From assembly GCA_964387275.1 (NCBI GenBank), contig CAYLVW010000001.1:5514-69513 (forward strand): DNA of 64,000 nt, read 5' to 3'. Position 1 is the first letter of the stretch, and each line of letters starts with the position of its first letter. A program made the translations under genes and the position numbers. Below the pieces are notes generated by a model. The model was not told where the DNA came from, ran no database searches, and saw nothing but the letters and a program-made list of their open reading frames with translations. The stretch is from an uncultured Candidatus Saccharibacteria bacterium (lineage in GTDB: Bacteria > Patescibacteriota > WWE3 > UBA101185 > UBA10185). Of the stretch, positions 46,828 through 57,125 are shown one piece after another.

Positions 46828-47598
46828 CTATTCTATGTAGGTACTTGCATTGAAATCTTTATCAATTAGTGGGTATTGTGATTGTCTTTTGGGTTTTTGG
46901 ACTAATGCTTTAGCAAAATTTAGCAGTTTAGTTACTCTGGTGGTTTCCGGAAGATTTCCTTCACTGCTAATTAGACGCCCATTTCTATATATTATCCTAG
47001 CTTCTCTAGTAATATCTGGATTTGGTATTTGCACCTCAAACTGTGTTCCCAAATCTGCATCTGGGATGAAGTAGATTTCTGTTCTTGGTACATCGCAAAC
47101 AACAATATCTTGTCCATTTGCAAATATTTTCGCAACTTGAGGATCTGGCGACCAAAAAGAGTTACCGATGTTTCGTTCAGGTGTCCACTCCCTTTCCACA
47201 CCTCTAAACAATCTTACTTGGCCTTCAGGTGGGTATTCTGGTAAACCAGCGTATATAGATGCTACATATAGAGCAACATTTGCGGCCATACTTAGCTCGT
47301 GTGCTTTTGCCTCAGCAAGTGTTGCTTCTTCACATAGCTTAATTAATGTTGCTTCTTTCATGCTAGGGTCAAATCCTGCATGGACAAAGCGAGCTCTTGC
47401 AGTTGCTTCCTGTCTTCTTGCACTAATTAACTCTTTTGATATTACTTCAAAAACTTTTTCTACACTGCCCTCACTTAACATAGTTTCTAATCTCTCTCTA
47501 TCTGGAATGGGGTTAAACAAAGAATAGTCACCCTCTGCGGCATTAACTGTAGGATTTTTTTCATCAGGACCAAGGCTGTTTATAGAGTTTATTACCAC
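46828..47598 (-). CDS. Hypothetical protein (256 aa), GC-richer; weak R/S/QxE ADP-ribosyltransferase-like pattern
   Basis: RLFRGVE ... NSFWS ... TQFEVQ spacing is reminiscent of ART motifs but weak. Confidence 0.35.
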   Translation of the reverse strand: MVINSINSLGPDEKNPTVNAAEGDYSLFNPIPDRERLETMLSEGSVEKVFEVISKELISARRQEATARARFVHAGFDPSMKEATLIKLCEEATLAEAKAHELSMAANVALYVASIYAGLPEYPPEGQVRLFRGVEREWTPERNIGNSFWSPDPQVAKIFANGQDIVVCDVPRTEIYFIPDADLGTQFEVQIPNPDITREARIIYRNGRLISSEGNLPETTRVTKLLNFAKALVQKPKRQSQYPLIDKDFNASTYIE

Positions 47599-47661
47599 AT
47601 ATTAATACTATCACATTGTATTAACTCTTAAGGGTTTCTAGTTTGTTGTACTGGTGAATTG

Positions 47662-47868
47662 TTAGAGTTTTATACCCCAAGCCTTCATAGCAGAGGAAGC
47701 TTCTTTTTTGGATAGTATTTTAACTACAATGCCCATTTGTATCATCACAATGTCTCCAATTTTAATAGGATCATTTCCGACAAGAACTTTGCGCTTTTCT
47801 TCTGGGTATTGAACTATAGCGCTATGGCCGTTTATTTCTACTATTTTTCCGGGAATTGCTAGACACAT
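47662..47868 (-). CDS. hypC: Hydrogenase maturation factor HypC
   Basis: N-terminal MCLAIPGKI signature, 68 aa. Confidence 0.85.
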   Translation of the reverse strand: MCLAIPGKIVEINGHSAIVQYPEEKRKVLVGNDPIKIGDIVMIQMGIVVKILSKKEASSAMKAWGIKL

Positions 47869-47898
47869 ATTATGCTATGATTATATTGTATTAACGCT

Positions 47899-48408
47899 AT
47901 GGTTGCATCAACAATTAAAACAGATCAAAAAAAGTTGGTTATAGGTTGGTTTTCTTTTACTTGTTGTGAAGATAGCACCATTTTATTTACAGAGCTTTTG
48001 AATGACAACTTAGATACTTGGAAAAAACTCGTAGAATTTAGACACCTAAAAGCTCTAAAGACAAATAACTCCATGGAAGGTTTGGATGTTGCTTTTATTG
48101 AAGGTGCTATATCCTCAGAATCTCAAGCTGAGGAAGTAAAAAAAATACGTGAAAACGCAAAATATGTTGTTGCGATTGGTGCATGTGCTTGTACCGGCAT
48201 GCCCTCAGCAAGTAGAAATCAGTTTACAGATAAAAATATGACTGACCGTATCAAGTGGTATTTTGAGACATTTGACTATAGCCAAAAGGTAAGAAAATTA
48301 GACGAGGTTATTCAAATAGATGATAGAGTTGACGGTTGTCCTATGAACACCAAAAAGTTTATCGAAATGTTAACGAAGTATCTTACAAAATTTGAAATAA
48401 TTAAATGA
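47899..48408 (+). CDS. [NiFe]-hydrogenase small subunit (short cytoplasmic type)
   Basis: Cys ligand pattern FTCCEDS...GACACTGMP...DGCPMN. Immediately upstream of the large subunit. Confidence 0.7.
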   Translation: MVASTIKTDQKKLVIGWFSFTCCEDSTILFTELLNDNLDTWKKLVEFRHLKALKTNNSMEGLDVAFIEGAISSESQAEEVKKIRENAKYVVAIGACACTGMPSASRNQFTDKNMTDRIKWYFETFDYSQKVRKLDEVIQIDDRVDGCPMNTKKFIEMLTKYLTKFEIIK

Positions 48409-48461
48409 AGACTTTCTTGACCAAAATTAACAAAGCCTTATTACAGGTAAAATAAATTATT

Positions 48462-49763
48462 ATGCATAGCGGAGATATTACAATTGAAAATATTACAAAA
48501 ATAGAAGGCAATGCAGGTCTAAAAGTTACTGTAAGAGAAGGTAGGGTTACAGATTTAAAATTTATTATTTCTGACTATAGAAGATTTTATACGGAAGCTG
48601 TTAAAGGCAAGCCATTTATTACCGCCCCTGCTTTCTTATCAAGAATCTGTGGTACCTGTTCTGTCGCTCATTTATTTGCTTCACTTGAAGCTGTTGAGAA
48701 GTCTCAAGGTATTGAGCTTTCTGAGCAGACCAAGGTATTACGCAGACTTGCGTACGATGGTTTAATGATTCGAGACCACGCTCTACATCTGTATTTTTTT
48801 GTGTTACCAGATATATTAGGAATTGATTCAATACTAGATATACCAGATGATCACGATAACTTAGGCCATACCCTACTTCATGACTCTTTTGATATAAAAA
48901 AACTTGGTACTGAAATCACAGACGTTGTTATTGGTGCTGCAATTCATGCTCCATTTCCAACTGTTGGTGGTTTCTTAAAACTTCCTGATCCTACAAAGTT
49001 TTCTGACCTAATAGCTAAGCTTGAAAAGATAAGGCCACAAGTAATAAGAGGTATAAAGGTTTTTTATGAATGGAAAATCAATCTAACCAGAAACTCTGAC
49101 TACTTAGCTTTAAGGAATGATAAAAGTTTTGATTTTATAGATGGTTGGGTAGTAAACACGAACGGCAAAAAAGTTCCTGAAGAGAATTTTCATGATTTTT
49201 TGAAATCTGTTGTCATACCTTATACTCAGGCTGAGGGGTATGTTTTTTCAGATGGACACCAAGATTATTTGGTTGGTGCTTTAGCTAGGTTAAATTTTAA
49301 CAAAGATTTATTAAATCCTAGAACCAAAAAAGATGTAGAGCAGTATTTAGATGTATTTCCTTCAAATAATGTTCACCACAATAACTTGGCTCAAGCAATA
49401 GAGATTTTACAATGTGTTGACGAGGCTATAGATATTTTAAAGAATCTAAGTATTCAACCAGAAAAACCACAGAGACCTAAAGTAAAAGCGGGGGTTGGCG
49501 TTGGCGTAATTGAAGCTCCTAGGGGAATTTTGTACCATATGGCTAAGGTAGATGATCAGGGGATTATAATTGATTATGATGTCATTGTGCCTACAGCTCA
49601 GAATCAAATAAATATCGAAAACGACTTGAAGAAGTACTTTAATGAGAATTTAGATAAAGATGAGGTAACTTTAAAACTTGAAGCCGAGAAGATAATTAGA
49701 GCCTATGATCCATGTATGTCTTGCGCTACTAATTTTCTTAAAATAGATTGGACATATTTGTAA
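48462..49763 (+). CDS. [NiFe]-hydrogenase large subunit
   Basis: L1 motif RICGTCSVAH. The L2 motif reads DPCMSCATN (Asn in place of the usual His/Arg) followed by a 9-aa tail. Confidence 0.8.
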   Translation: MHSGDITIENITKIEGNAGLKVTVREGRVTDLKFIISDYRRFYTEAVKGKPFITAPAFLSRICGTCSVAHLFASLEAVEKSQGIELSEQTKVLRRLAYDGLMIRDHALHLYFFVLPDILGIDSILDIPDDHDNLGHTLLHDSFDIKKLGTEITDVVIGAAIHAPFPTVGGFLKLPDPTKFSDLIAKLEKIRPQVIRGIKVFYEWKINLTRNSDYLALRNDKSFDFIDGWVVNTNGKKVPEENFHDFLKSVVIPYTQAEGYVFSDGHQDYLVGALARLNFNKDLLNPRTKKDVEQYLDVFPSNNVHHNNLAQAIEILQCVDEAIDILKNLSIQPEKPQRPKVKAGVGVGVIEAPRGILYHMAKVDDQGIIIDYDVIVPTAQNQINIENDLKKYFNENLDKDEVTLKLEAEKIIRAYDPCMSCATNFLKIDWTYL

Positions 49764-50098
49764 TCTATTTCTTTTTCCATAGGAATTCCCAGTATAGTCA
49801 CTTTACCTATTCTGTTAAGTTTTTTTAGATATCTTAGTTGAAATCCTAAATCAAAATCGTGAGCAGAAACCCTAGGTCCAAGCGTAATTGATCTATCATC
49901 TGTTAGTTCAAATAATCTAACGTCTTCTATGCCTTCCACTTGATCCATAATTACAACATCAGAACCATTGTCAAAAGGCAAATCCTCATTTGGTTTTACG
50001 TAGATATAATTGATATTTTCTATTTTGCTATTATTAGCAATTTCAAGAGCATTGTTATCAAAGGTTGCATCTGGATTTCCAAATACGTAAATATTCAT
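49703..50098 (-). CDS. Hydrogenase maturation endopeptidase (HycI/HybD-like)
   Basis: Size and GPRVSAHDFDL region. It overlaps the large-subunit 3' end convergently by 61 nt. Confidence 0.55.
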   Translation of the reverse strand: MNIYVFGNPDATFDNNALEIANNSKIENINYIYVKPNEDLPFDNGSDVVIMDQVEGIEDVRLFELTDDRSITLGPRVSAHDFDLGFQLRYLKKLNRIGKVTILGIPMEKEIDYKYVQSILRKLVAQDIHGS

Positions 50099-50219
50099 TT
50101 TTTTATACTAGCTTATTTGCTGTAGTCTGCCTATTTAGTTTTATGTAACAACCTACTTTGTTTAGTTAAGATATGCCTATCAAATAGTGCTTATTGTACA
50201 CATTTGTTATTATCGTCAT

Positions 50220-50966
50220 ATGGATAAAAAATCATTACAATTGGCTTCTAGATTTTCGCTCCCTCCAAATTCGAAGGGTTACTGTGGAAGAGACTCAGCT
50301 CCGGCAAAATTCAGAAGATGTCTTCATTCCGGCAACTGTAGTGGCGTTTCAGAGGAGTTGCAGAAATTTATAGTTCTTACCCCTTACCTTAAAACTTTGT
50401 CTGAGATTACAGGATTAGACTTTGATTCATACGAGGTTGTTGAGAGTTACTGGTTAGGTAATGACTTATTAAAAAAAGCAAAACAAAAGCACTTCAATTT
50501 GTTGTTGAAAAACTTTAAGGCTCAGGGAGTTCCAGATTGGTATATTAAGGAGCTTAGAGAAAATAGACCCATTAAGTTTATTCCCATACATCAATTTCAA
50601 GTTTTTCATGTTGGGGTGGGTAAAGCTAGCGGCACAATTCCTCATAATTTGGACTCTAGTAACAACTGCATGATTAGATGGGGCCGAGTCTTATCCATAG
50701 AAAACGGTTTTGCCACACTTTCCCTAAACCAACTAAGAATAGAGAAATCACGATACACTCTAATAGATAATCCAAAAACAGAAAAGTTCAAACTTGATAA
50801 GTTGTTAACCCCGAATCTTAAAGTAAACGACATTGTAGCTGTACATTGGGATCAAATAGTTAAAATACTAACAGCATTTGAACTCTACAATCTGTCCCGT
50901 TGGACAGCAGAGGTATTAAGTACATGCAGGCCTCCTGTTTTTAAGAAAAAAGTATCAACAACCTAA
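50220..50966 (+). CDS. Hypothetical protein with an N-terminal Cys cluster (CGRDSAPAKFRRCLHSGNC); start uncertain (50187 or 50220)
   Basis: Intact ORF between the hydrogenase and oxidoreductase/ferredoxin loci. Confidence 0.4.
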   Translation: MDKKSLQLASRFSLPPNSKGYCGRDSAPAKFRRCLHSGNCSGVSEELQKFIVLTPYLKTLSEITGLDFDSYEVVESYWLGNDLLKKAKQKHFNLLLKNFKAQGVPDWYIKELRENRPIKFIPIHQFQVFHVGVGKASGTIPHNLDSSNNCMIRWGRVLSIENGFATLSLNQLRIEKSRYTLIDNPKTEKFKLDKLLTPNLKVNDIVAVHWDQIVKILTAFELYNLSRWTAEVLSTCRPPVFKKKVSTT

Positions 50967-51124
50967 CTACAGTTTTACTTTATATTATTATAGGGCACCT
51001 GCAGTGATTAGTACGTAATACCTCACTTTGTAGGGTGAGTTTACGAGTATTAATCTAGCGTATAAGTGCTAGTTTTGAGCCACAACACACTAAGTGATTA
51101 TGGATTTAGCTCACTTAGAATCTT

Positions 51125-51370
51125 TTATTTGGGCCAGAGTTGTTCGCCTGATTCTGAATCTACAACAACAATAGCTGCCGTTGGGCAAGATTGTGCGGCC
51201 TGAATGAGATTTTCTAGGGTATCATTAGATCCTTCTTGTACTACAGCCTTGCTTTCTGAGTCTAGCTGGAATACTTCCGGAGAGAAAGCTATACAAGAAG
51301 CCGCACCAATACATGCATCTCTTATTACAGTAACTTTATACTTACCAACCATTACTTCTGTGTCTGCCAT
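51125..51370 (-). CDS. Small single-cluster ferredoxin
   Basis: CIGAASC...CP cysteine pattern, 81 aa. Confidence 0.7.
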   Translation of the reverse strand: MADTEVMVGKYKVTVIRDACIGAASCIAFSPEVFQLDSESKAVVQEGSNDTLENLIQAAQSCPTAAIVVVDSESGEQLWPK

Positions 51371-51390
51371 AGTATATTAACTTAGTCACA

Positions 51391-52248
51391 CTAAATGTAT
51401 GTACTAAATAATCCTTTCAAATTTGATAAATTAACTTCCTGTTCTACCAGAGGTTTGACAGAAAGCTGGGGCAGCTGAGACTCATAGGGGAGTTTTTCTT
51501 CTTTATAGATAATACCAAGAGGAATTGTTTTCAAACCAAATTCAAGAGCTTTAGCAAATGCTTTTTCCTTATTTGTAGGATCATAATCATCCGGTAGATA
51601 GTAAGTATTATCTTGATAGAATTTATGATTGTGCTCATGATTAAATGTAGGGCATGGCTGCAATACATCCACAATAGCAAGTCCTTTATGAGCATTTGCC
51701 TGTGTAATAAGGTCTGCTAGTTTCTGAATATTTACAGCATATTCTCTTGCCACAAAAGTTGCACCTGCTGCAATTGCCATTGCCAATGGATTTAGTGGGT
51801 AATCGTGATTTCCCTCTGGAGTTGATTTAGATTTAAATCCATGTTCTGAGGCTGGCGATGTTTGTCCTGTTGTTAGAGCGTACAAACCATTATCGTGGAG
51901 AATAATTGTCATGTCATGATTTCTTCTTGAAGCGTGTATGAAATGATTCCCTCCTTCTGCTAGTGAATCCCCATCGCCTGTAAATACGAAAACATTTAAT
52001 CTGTGGTTTGCCATTTTTATGCCGGACGCTACTGGTAGAGCCCTACCATGAAGACCCTCGAATGAGTTTAGTTTAGTAAAGTTGACTATGTGACCGTGGC
52101 AACCAATACCAGCGACAATTACTGTATTATTGTTATTCCAGTCATTTGTTACAGCAGCATTTTTAAATGCAGCCCATATTGCCAAATTTCCGCATCCGGG
52201 GCACCAGTTTGGCTGACATGAGGTTGTTAGTTCATTTAGTTTAGTCAT
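51391..52248 (-). CDS. porB: 2-oxoacid (pyruvate):ferredoxin oxidoreductase beta subunit (TPP-binding)
   Basis: CPGCG and GDGD TPP motifs. Overlaps the upstream gene by 4 nt. Confidence 0.85.
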   Translation of the reverse strand: MTKLNELTTSCQPNWCPGCGNLAIWAAFKNAAVTNDWNNNNTVIVAGIGCHGHIVNFTKLNSFEGLHGRALPVASGIKMANHRLNVFVFTGDGDSLAEGGNHFIHASRRNHDMTIILHDNGLYALTTGQTSPASEHGFKSKSTPEGNHDYPLNPLAMAIAAGATFVAREYAVNIQKLADLITQANAHKGLAIVDVLQPCPTFNHEHNHKFYQDNTYYLPDDYDPTNKEKAFAKALEFGLKTIPLGIIYKEEKLPYESQLPQLSVKPLVEQEVNLSNLKGLFSTYI

Positions 52249-53984
52249 TTAATCTCCTTAAAGTGAGTTGATATCTTTTCTTCAAGTTCTTCAACATAAA
52301 AGGGTCTTCCATCAAATTTTAACCATTTGTTTTTTATATCTATTCCTGTTTTTTCTTTAATTAGACCTGTTAGCTGGCCTGAATAGTTACATTCAACACT
52401 TACCACGTTCTTAGATTTGCTTAATATATTTATTAAATGTTCTGCCGGGAATGGGTTCATCCAAGTAACATGCACATAGTTAACATCAGTAAACTTTGCA
52501 ATAGCTTCTAAAATACTACCTTTATTACTGCCCCAAGACACTATTGTAAGTTTTGCATCTTTTGGTCCGTAGACTGTAGGTGCTTGCATATCTTCTTTTT
52601 CACAGGTTAGAAGTTTTGCCATCCTTTTATTCATTTGATTATTTCTGTTATCAATTTCTTCTGACGAAAGACCATACTCGTCATGTTCATCAGAGTTTGC
52701 CACAAAAAAATTACCTGTTCCCGGAATTGATCTCGTAGAAATTCCTGTTGAACTTAGTTCGTACCTTTTAAAATTTTCAACTTGCTTAGTGGTAAATTTT
52801 CCTTTATCTATTCTGTAACCCTCTACGTTGAAAATTGGGGTACTTTGGTCATTGTCACAGATGTTTTTATCTATTAGTAAAACTACAGGTGTTTGATATT
52901 TATCTGCATAGTGAAATGCCTCCATTGTCAGATAAAAAGCTTCAATAGCGTCTCCAGCTGCAAGAACAATTCTTGGAAAATCACCTTGATGTGCATGTAG
53001 GACGAATCTTAAATCTCCCTGCTCGCTCCATGTAGGGATTCCTGTCGCAGGGGCACCCCTCATCCCCTCAACAATTACTAATGGTGTTTCTGTCATTCCT
53101 GCAAGGCCATAGCCTTCCGCCATTAGACTAAATCCACCTCCAGAACTAGCAGTCATTGATCTAACACCTGCATAAGAGGCGCCTATTGCCATTGTTATTG
53201 CTGAGATCTCATCTTCAGGTTGTTTATATATGTAGCCAAACTTTTCTTGATGCGTTGCAAGTGTATGTAGTATGTTTGAAATTGGAGACATTGGGTATAT
53301 AGAGGCAAACTGAAGACCTGCTGCTATTGCTCCCATTGCAACAGCCTCATCACCGTTTACAACCATTTTAGGAGTAGGGTTTTTCATAGGCACGATTATT
53401 TCTTTCACCTCTTTTTTATACGTTTTATTTACATAATCATGGCCATTTTTTGCTGCGGTAATGTTGGCATTAATAATTTCTTCACTTTTTTTTGCAAACT
53501 CTTCTTTTAGTAACTCACAAAGTACTTCTATATTTCCCCCAAGCAGGGCAACTGTAGCTCCGAGTGCAACTGTGTTACTAAGTAGATCTTTACCTCCCGC
53601 TTCTTGTGCAATTTGCGAGAGGGGGATCTCTATTTTTAGAATGTTACTTGGTAGTTTATCTGTAGTTAGTTTCTTTCCAGAATCATATAGTACCAGGGCT
53701 TGGCTTGATAATTCTGAGATATGAAGATCTATTGTATCCTGATTTAGAGCCACTAGAATGTCTGTTTTATTTCTAGGACCTACAACCGGATCTTTTGAGA
53801 TATTTATTTGCATAATATTGTGACCGCCTCTGATTAATGATGGGTACTCTATGTAGTTATATATGTTATATCCAGATCTTGTGGCTGTTTTTGACAGTAA
53901 GAGTCCTGCAGATTTAATTCCTTGTCCGGCTTGTCCTCCGATACGTATTGAGCATACTTTTTGTTGGGCATTTACATCGGGCAT
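52245..53984 (-). CDS. porA: 2-oxoacid:ferredoxin oxidoreductase, fused gamma-alpha subunit
   Basis: N-terminal gamma domain (IRIGGQAGQGIKSAG) followed by an alpha domain (NGDEAVAMGAIAAG...YPMSPIS). Confidence 0.8.
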   Translation of the reverse strand: MPDVNAQQKVCSIRIGGQAGQGIKSAGLLLSKTATRSGYNIYNYIEYPSLIRGGHNIMQINISKDPVVGPRNKTDILVALNQDTIDLHISELSSQALVLYDSGKKLTTDKLPSNILKIEIPLSQIAQEAGGKDLLSNTVALGATVALLGGNIEVLCELLKEEFAKKSEEIINANITAAKNGHDYVNKTYKKEVKEIIVPMKNPTPKMVVNGDEAVAMGAIAAGLQFASIYPMSPISNILHTLATHQEKFGYIYKQPEDEISAITMAIGASYAGVRSMTASSGGGFSLMAEGYGLAGMTETPLVIVEGMRGAPATGIPTWSEQGDLRFVLHAHQGDFPRIVLAAGDAIEAFYLTMEAFHYADKYQTPVVLLIDKNICDNDQSTPIFNVEGYRIDKGKFTTKQVENFKRYELSSTGISTRSIPGTGNFFVANSDEHDEYGLSSEEIDNRNNQMNKRMAKLLTCEKEDMQAPTVYGPKDAKLTIVSWGSNKGSILEAIAKFTDVNYVHVTWMNPFPAEHLINILSKSKNVVSVECNYSGQLTGLIKEKTGIDIKNKWLKFDGRPFYVEELEEKISTHFKEIK

Positions 53985-54077
53985 ATTATTAGTTTAATGA
54001 ATTTGAGGGTTTAGGTAAAGCAGGTACGCATAATTTATGGTATCTTTGTGTAAATTTATAGGGTTTAGGTAGCTCAA

Positions 54078-56135
54078 ATGCTAGATATTATAATTTCAGA
54101 TGCCAAAGAATTTATTATACCGTTTCTTTTTATCAATGAGTTGGTGTGGTTGTCTGGTCTTTGGATAACAACAAAAATTTACAGAAGATTATGTTGGAAA
54201 CAACAGGCGTATAGTTACTTCTATGGTTGGTTACAAGTTAGTGTAGTTGGGTTTTTATTATCCTCTGTATTTTCCACTTTTAATGTTATGTCACCAAACC
54301 TTATCTTTGGAATATTTGTTATTTTTTTTGTAATAAATATTTTTAATCTACTTTCACTAGGTAACCGGTCAACTTTTGCAGTATTGTTTACGTGGGAAGT
54401 TTTAATATCAAAAGTTAGCTTTGTAGCACTATTTGTGTTTATGTATTTAGTCTTGTCTTTTGGCCCACAGATTAACCAAATTGAAAGATTTATGGACTAT
54501 GGGTTTGTAGCCACATTACTGAATTCTACCTCTTTACCTTTAGAGGATGTGTGGTTTTCTGGACTTTCTACTAATTACTACTACTTTGGGCATTTTATAG
54601 TATATGTAATGGTTGTATTAACAGGGATTCCTCTTGAGCAGGTTTTTTTCTTGGCAGTTTGTTTTATTTTTGCTTACTTAAGTCTTGGTGCTTTCTCTAT
54701 AGGGTATATACTTACGGATAATATTTTAAAAAGGAGTGGCTTAATAGGGGGTTTGCTCTCAGCAGTTGTGTTGGTTTTTTCGGGTCCATTGCATACAGTT
54801 AATTGGTTAGTTGACTATGTTAAGTTCAAAAACTTTGGTGCTGAAGAACCATTTTTTTGGTATGCAGCGGCAACTAGGCTTATTAAGGGAACAATTTCTG
54901 AATTCCCGTTTTTTTCATTTTTGGAAGCAAACATTCATGCGCATGTATGGGGTTTAGTTATAGCTGTAACTATCATTTCTGTTCTTATACTTTTTCATAC
55001 TGATAATAAGTTTGAGGATAGCTTTTTTTCCTTAAGTAACTATAGATTTTATGCCATTGCTTTTTTACTTGGTGTTGCATTTGTTACTAACTCTTGGGAT
55101 GTTTTAACTTTGGGGTCTTTGTCGATTGCTCTACTTGTTAGGTCTTTCTTAAAAGATATTAGAAGCGCAAAACCAATTAATGCATTGGCTATGTTTACTA
55201 CTGGGTTGGTAATTTTTCTTTGCGTTACAGTACCTTGGTATATGTATTTTAGTCCTCCTGTTGGTGGTGTTGGGATTGTTAGTCAGCGGTCAGATGTATC
55301 TAATTGGTTAATGTTGTGGGGAATTTTTGTAATATTGGTTTTGTTATACGTTAGTACACTGTATTTTTATGATAAGAAAAGATTTTACTACCATTTACCA
55401 ATAATTAGTATTATTGGTATAAGTGTTTTATTTTTATTATTAGCCGAAATATTTTTTGTTAAGGATATTTTAATAGTTAATGAATGGTTCAGGGCTAATA
55501 CTTACTTCAAAATCTCTTCCCAAATTTGGGTTTGGTTGTCTTTGATATCAGGTCCGGTTATTTTGTATTCATTATTCATTACCAAGTTTAGAATTTTAAT
55601 CATTGTTTTTTCTACATTACTTTTTATTGGACTTTTGTACCCAATACAGACTATTAAGTATTTTACTAAAGTTAAGACATTTGACGGAATATCTAACCCT
55701 ATCTCTTTTCTATATCTAAACTCCCCATATGATTATGATGCTTACATTTTTTTAAAAAGATATAAAGATAATCTTCCTTTAAGAGAGCGGAAGAAAACTA
55801 TTATAGAGGCATCAGGTGATTCGTATAAAGATAACAATTATTTTTCAGTATTATTAGGTTGGCCAAGTGTAGTGGGTTGGCCGGTTCATGAGTGGACCTG
55901 GAGAGGTTCTTATGACGAGGTTGGTAAGAGAAGAGAGGAAGTTGGTGAAGTATACCAAGGAGACTCTTTTGAGAAAGCGCGGGAAATTATAGATAAGTAC
56001 AAGGTAGATTTTGTAATCGTCGGAGAGGCAGAAAAAAGAATATACGGAGATTTTTTGAAATCAGAAAAGATTAGATTTTTAGGTACAGTTATATACGAGA
56101 ATTCTGGAACGTTTGTTATAAAAATAAATAGATAG
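54078..56135 (+). CDS. Large polytopic membrane protein (685 aa) with a C-terminal soluble domain, upstream of the ABC-2 exporter
   Basis: More than 15 TM helices. No conserved catalytic motif recognised. Confidence 0.5.
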   Translation: MLDIIISDAKEFIIPFLFINELVWLSGLWITTKIYRRLCWKQQAYSYFYGWLQVSVVGFLLSSVFSTFNVMSPNLIFGIFVIFFVINIFNLLSLGNRSTFAVLFTWEVLISKVSFVALFVFMYLVLSFGPQINQIERFMDYGFVATLLNSTSLPLEDVWFSGLSTNYYYFGHFIVYVMVVLTGIPLEQVFFLAVCFIFAYLSLGAFSIGYILTDNILKRSGLIGGLLSAVVLVFSGPLHTVNWLVDYVKFKNFGAEEPFFWYAAATRLIKGTISEFPFFSFLEANIHAHVWGLVIAVTIISVLILFHTDNKFEDSFFSLSNYRFYAIAFLLGVAFVTNSWDVLTLGSLSIALLVRSFLKDIRSAKPINALAMFTTGLVIFLCVTVPWYMYFSPPVGGVGIVSQRSDVSNWLMLWGIFVILVLLYVSTLYFYDKKRFYYHLPIISIIGISVLFLLLAEIFFVKDILIVNEWFRANTYFKISSQIWVWLSLISGPVILYSLFITKFRILIIVFSTLLFIGLLYPIQTIKYFTKVKTFDGISNPISFLYLNSPYDYDAYIFLKRYKDNLPLRERKKTIIEASGDSYKDNNYFSVLLGWPSVVGWPVHEWTWRGSYDEVGKRREEVGEVYQGDSFEKAREIIDKYKVDFVIVGEAEKRIYGDFLKSEKIRFLGTVIYENSGTFVIKINR

Positions 56136-56165
56136 ATATTTATGTAGTGGTATAATCTATTTCTA

Positions 56166-57125
56166 ATGAAAGCTATAGAAGTTAAAAATCTTGTTAAAAA
56201 GTATAAAAAGTCTCAAACAAATTCTGTTGATGATATAAGTTTTTCAGTTGAACCTGGGGAGTTTTTTGCTTTTTTAGGGCCTAATGGTGCAGGAAAAACT
56301 ACGACTATCTCAATTCTTACTACAACTTTATCCAAGACCTCCGGAGAAGTCTTTATAAATGGCACCGAAATTGATACCAATCCTACTGAAGTAAGAAAGA
56401 ACCTTGGGGTGATCTTTCAGAACCCTAGCTTGGATTTAAATCTAACTGCAGAAGAGAATATTAGGTTTCATTCTTCCTTGTATGGTCTGTATGGGATACG
56501 ACCTTCTTTTTCATTCATGCCCAAGGACTACCAAAATAAGATATTGGAGCTAGCAGATGTATTGGATCTTAGGAAAGACATATTCAAGCCAATGTCTGGT
56601 TTTTCAGGCGGCATGAAAAGAAAGTTAGAAATAATTAGAACTCTTATGCATGAGCCTAAAATTCTGTTTCTTGACGAGCCTTCTTCTGGTCTTGATCCAT
56701 TAAGCAGGAAGAATCTTTGGATCTACTTAGACGATATACGTAAGAGAAAAGGTACAACTTTGTTTTTGACCACACACTACTTAGATGAAGCGGAGGGTGT
56801 TGATAATATTTGCATTATTAATAAAGGCAAGATTGTTATGAGAGGGACTCCTAAGGATATTAAGTCACAGCTTATTGATGACTACGTATTTCTAGTGTCA
56901 GTAGACACCAAGAATTTAGCAGAAGAGCTCAAGCATTTGGGTATTAGCTACAGCGAGACCAAATACCTTAATATGTTTGGTTTAAGGCTAGATATTTCGG
57001 GATCTGAGCTCCAAAAAATAATGCAACAGATTAACACGCCTTTATCTGATGTAAGAATAATAAATCCAACTTTAGAGCAAGCATATTTAGAAGTTATTTC
57101 CGATAGAAACTTGGAGAAGTTATGA
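56166..57125 (+). CDS. ABC transporter ATP-binding protein (ABC-2 type exporter)
   Basis: Walker A GPNGAGKTT, signature SGGMKRK, Walker B LFLDEPSSGLD. Confidence 0.85.
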   Translation: MKAIEVKNLVKKYKKSQTNSVDDISFSVEPGEFFAFLGPNGAGKTTTISILTTTLSKTSGEVFINGTEIDTNPTEVRKNLGVIFQNPSLDLNLTAEENIRFHSSLYGLYGIRPSFSFMPKDYQNKILELADVLDLRKDIFKPMSGFSGGMKRKLEIIRTLMHEPKILFLDEPSSGLDPLSRKNLWIYLDDIRKRKGTTLFLTTHYLDEAEGVDNICIINKGKIVMRGTPKDIKSQLIDDYVFLVSVDTKNLAEELKHLGISYSETKYLNMFGLRLDISGSELQKIMQQINTPLSDVRIINPTLEQAYLEVISDRNLEKL

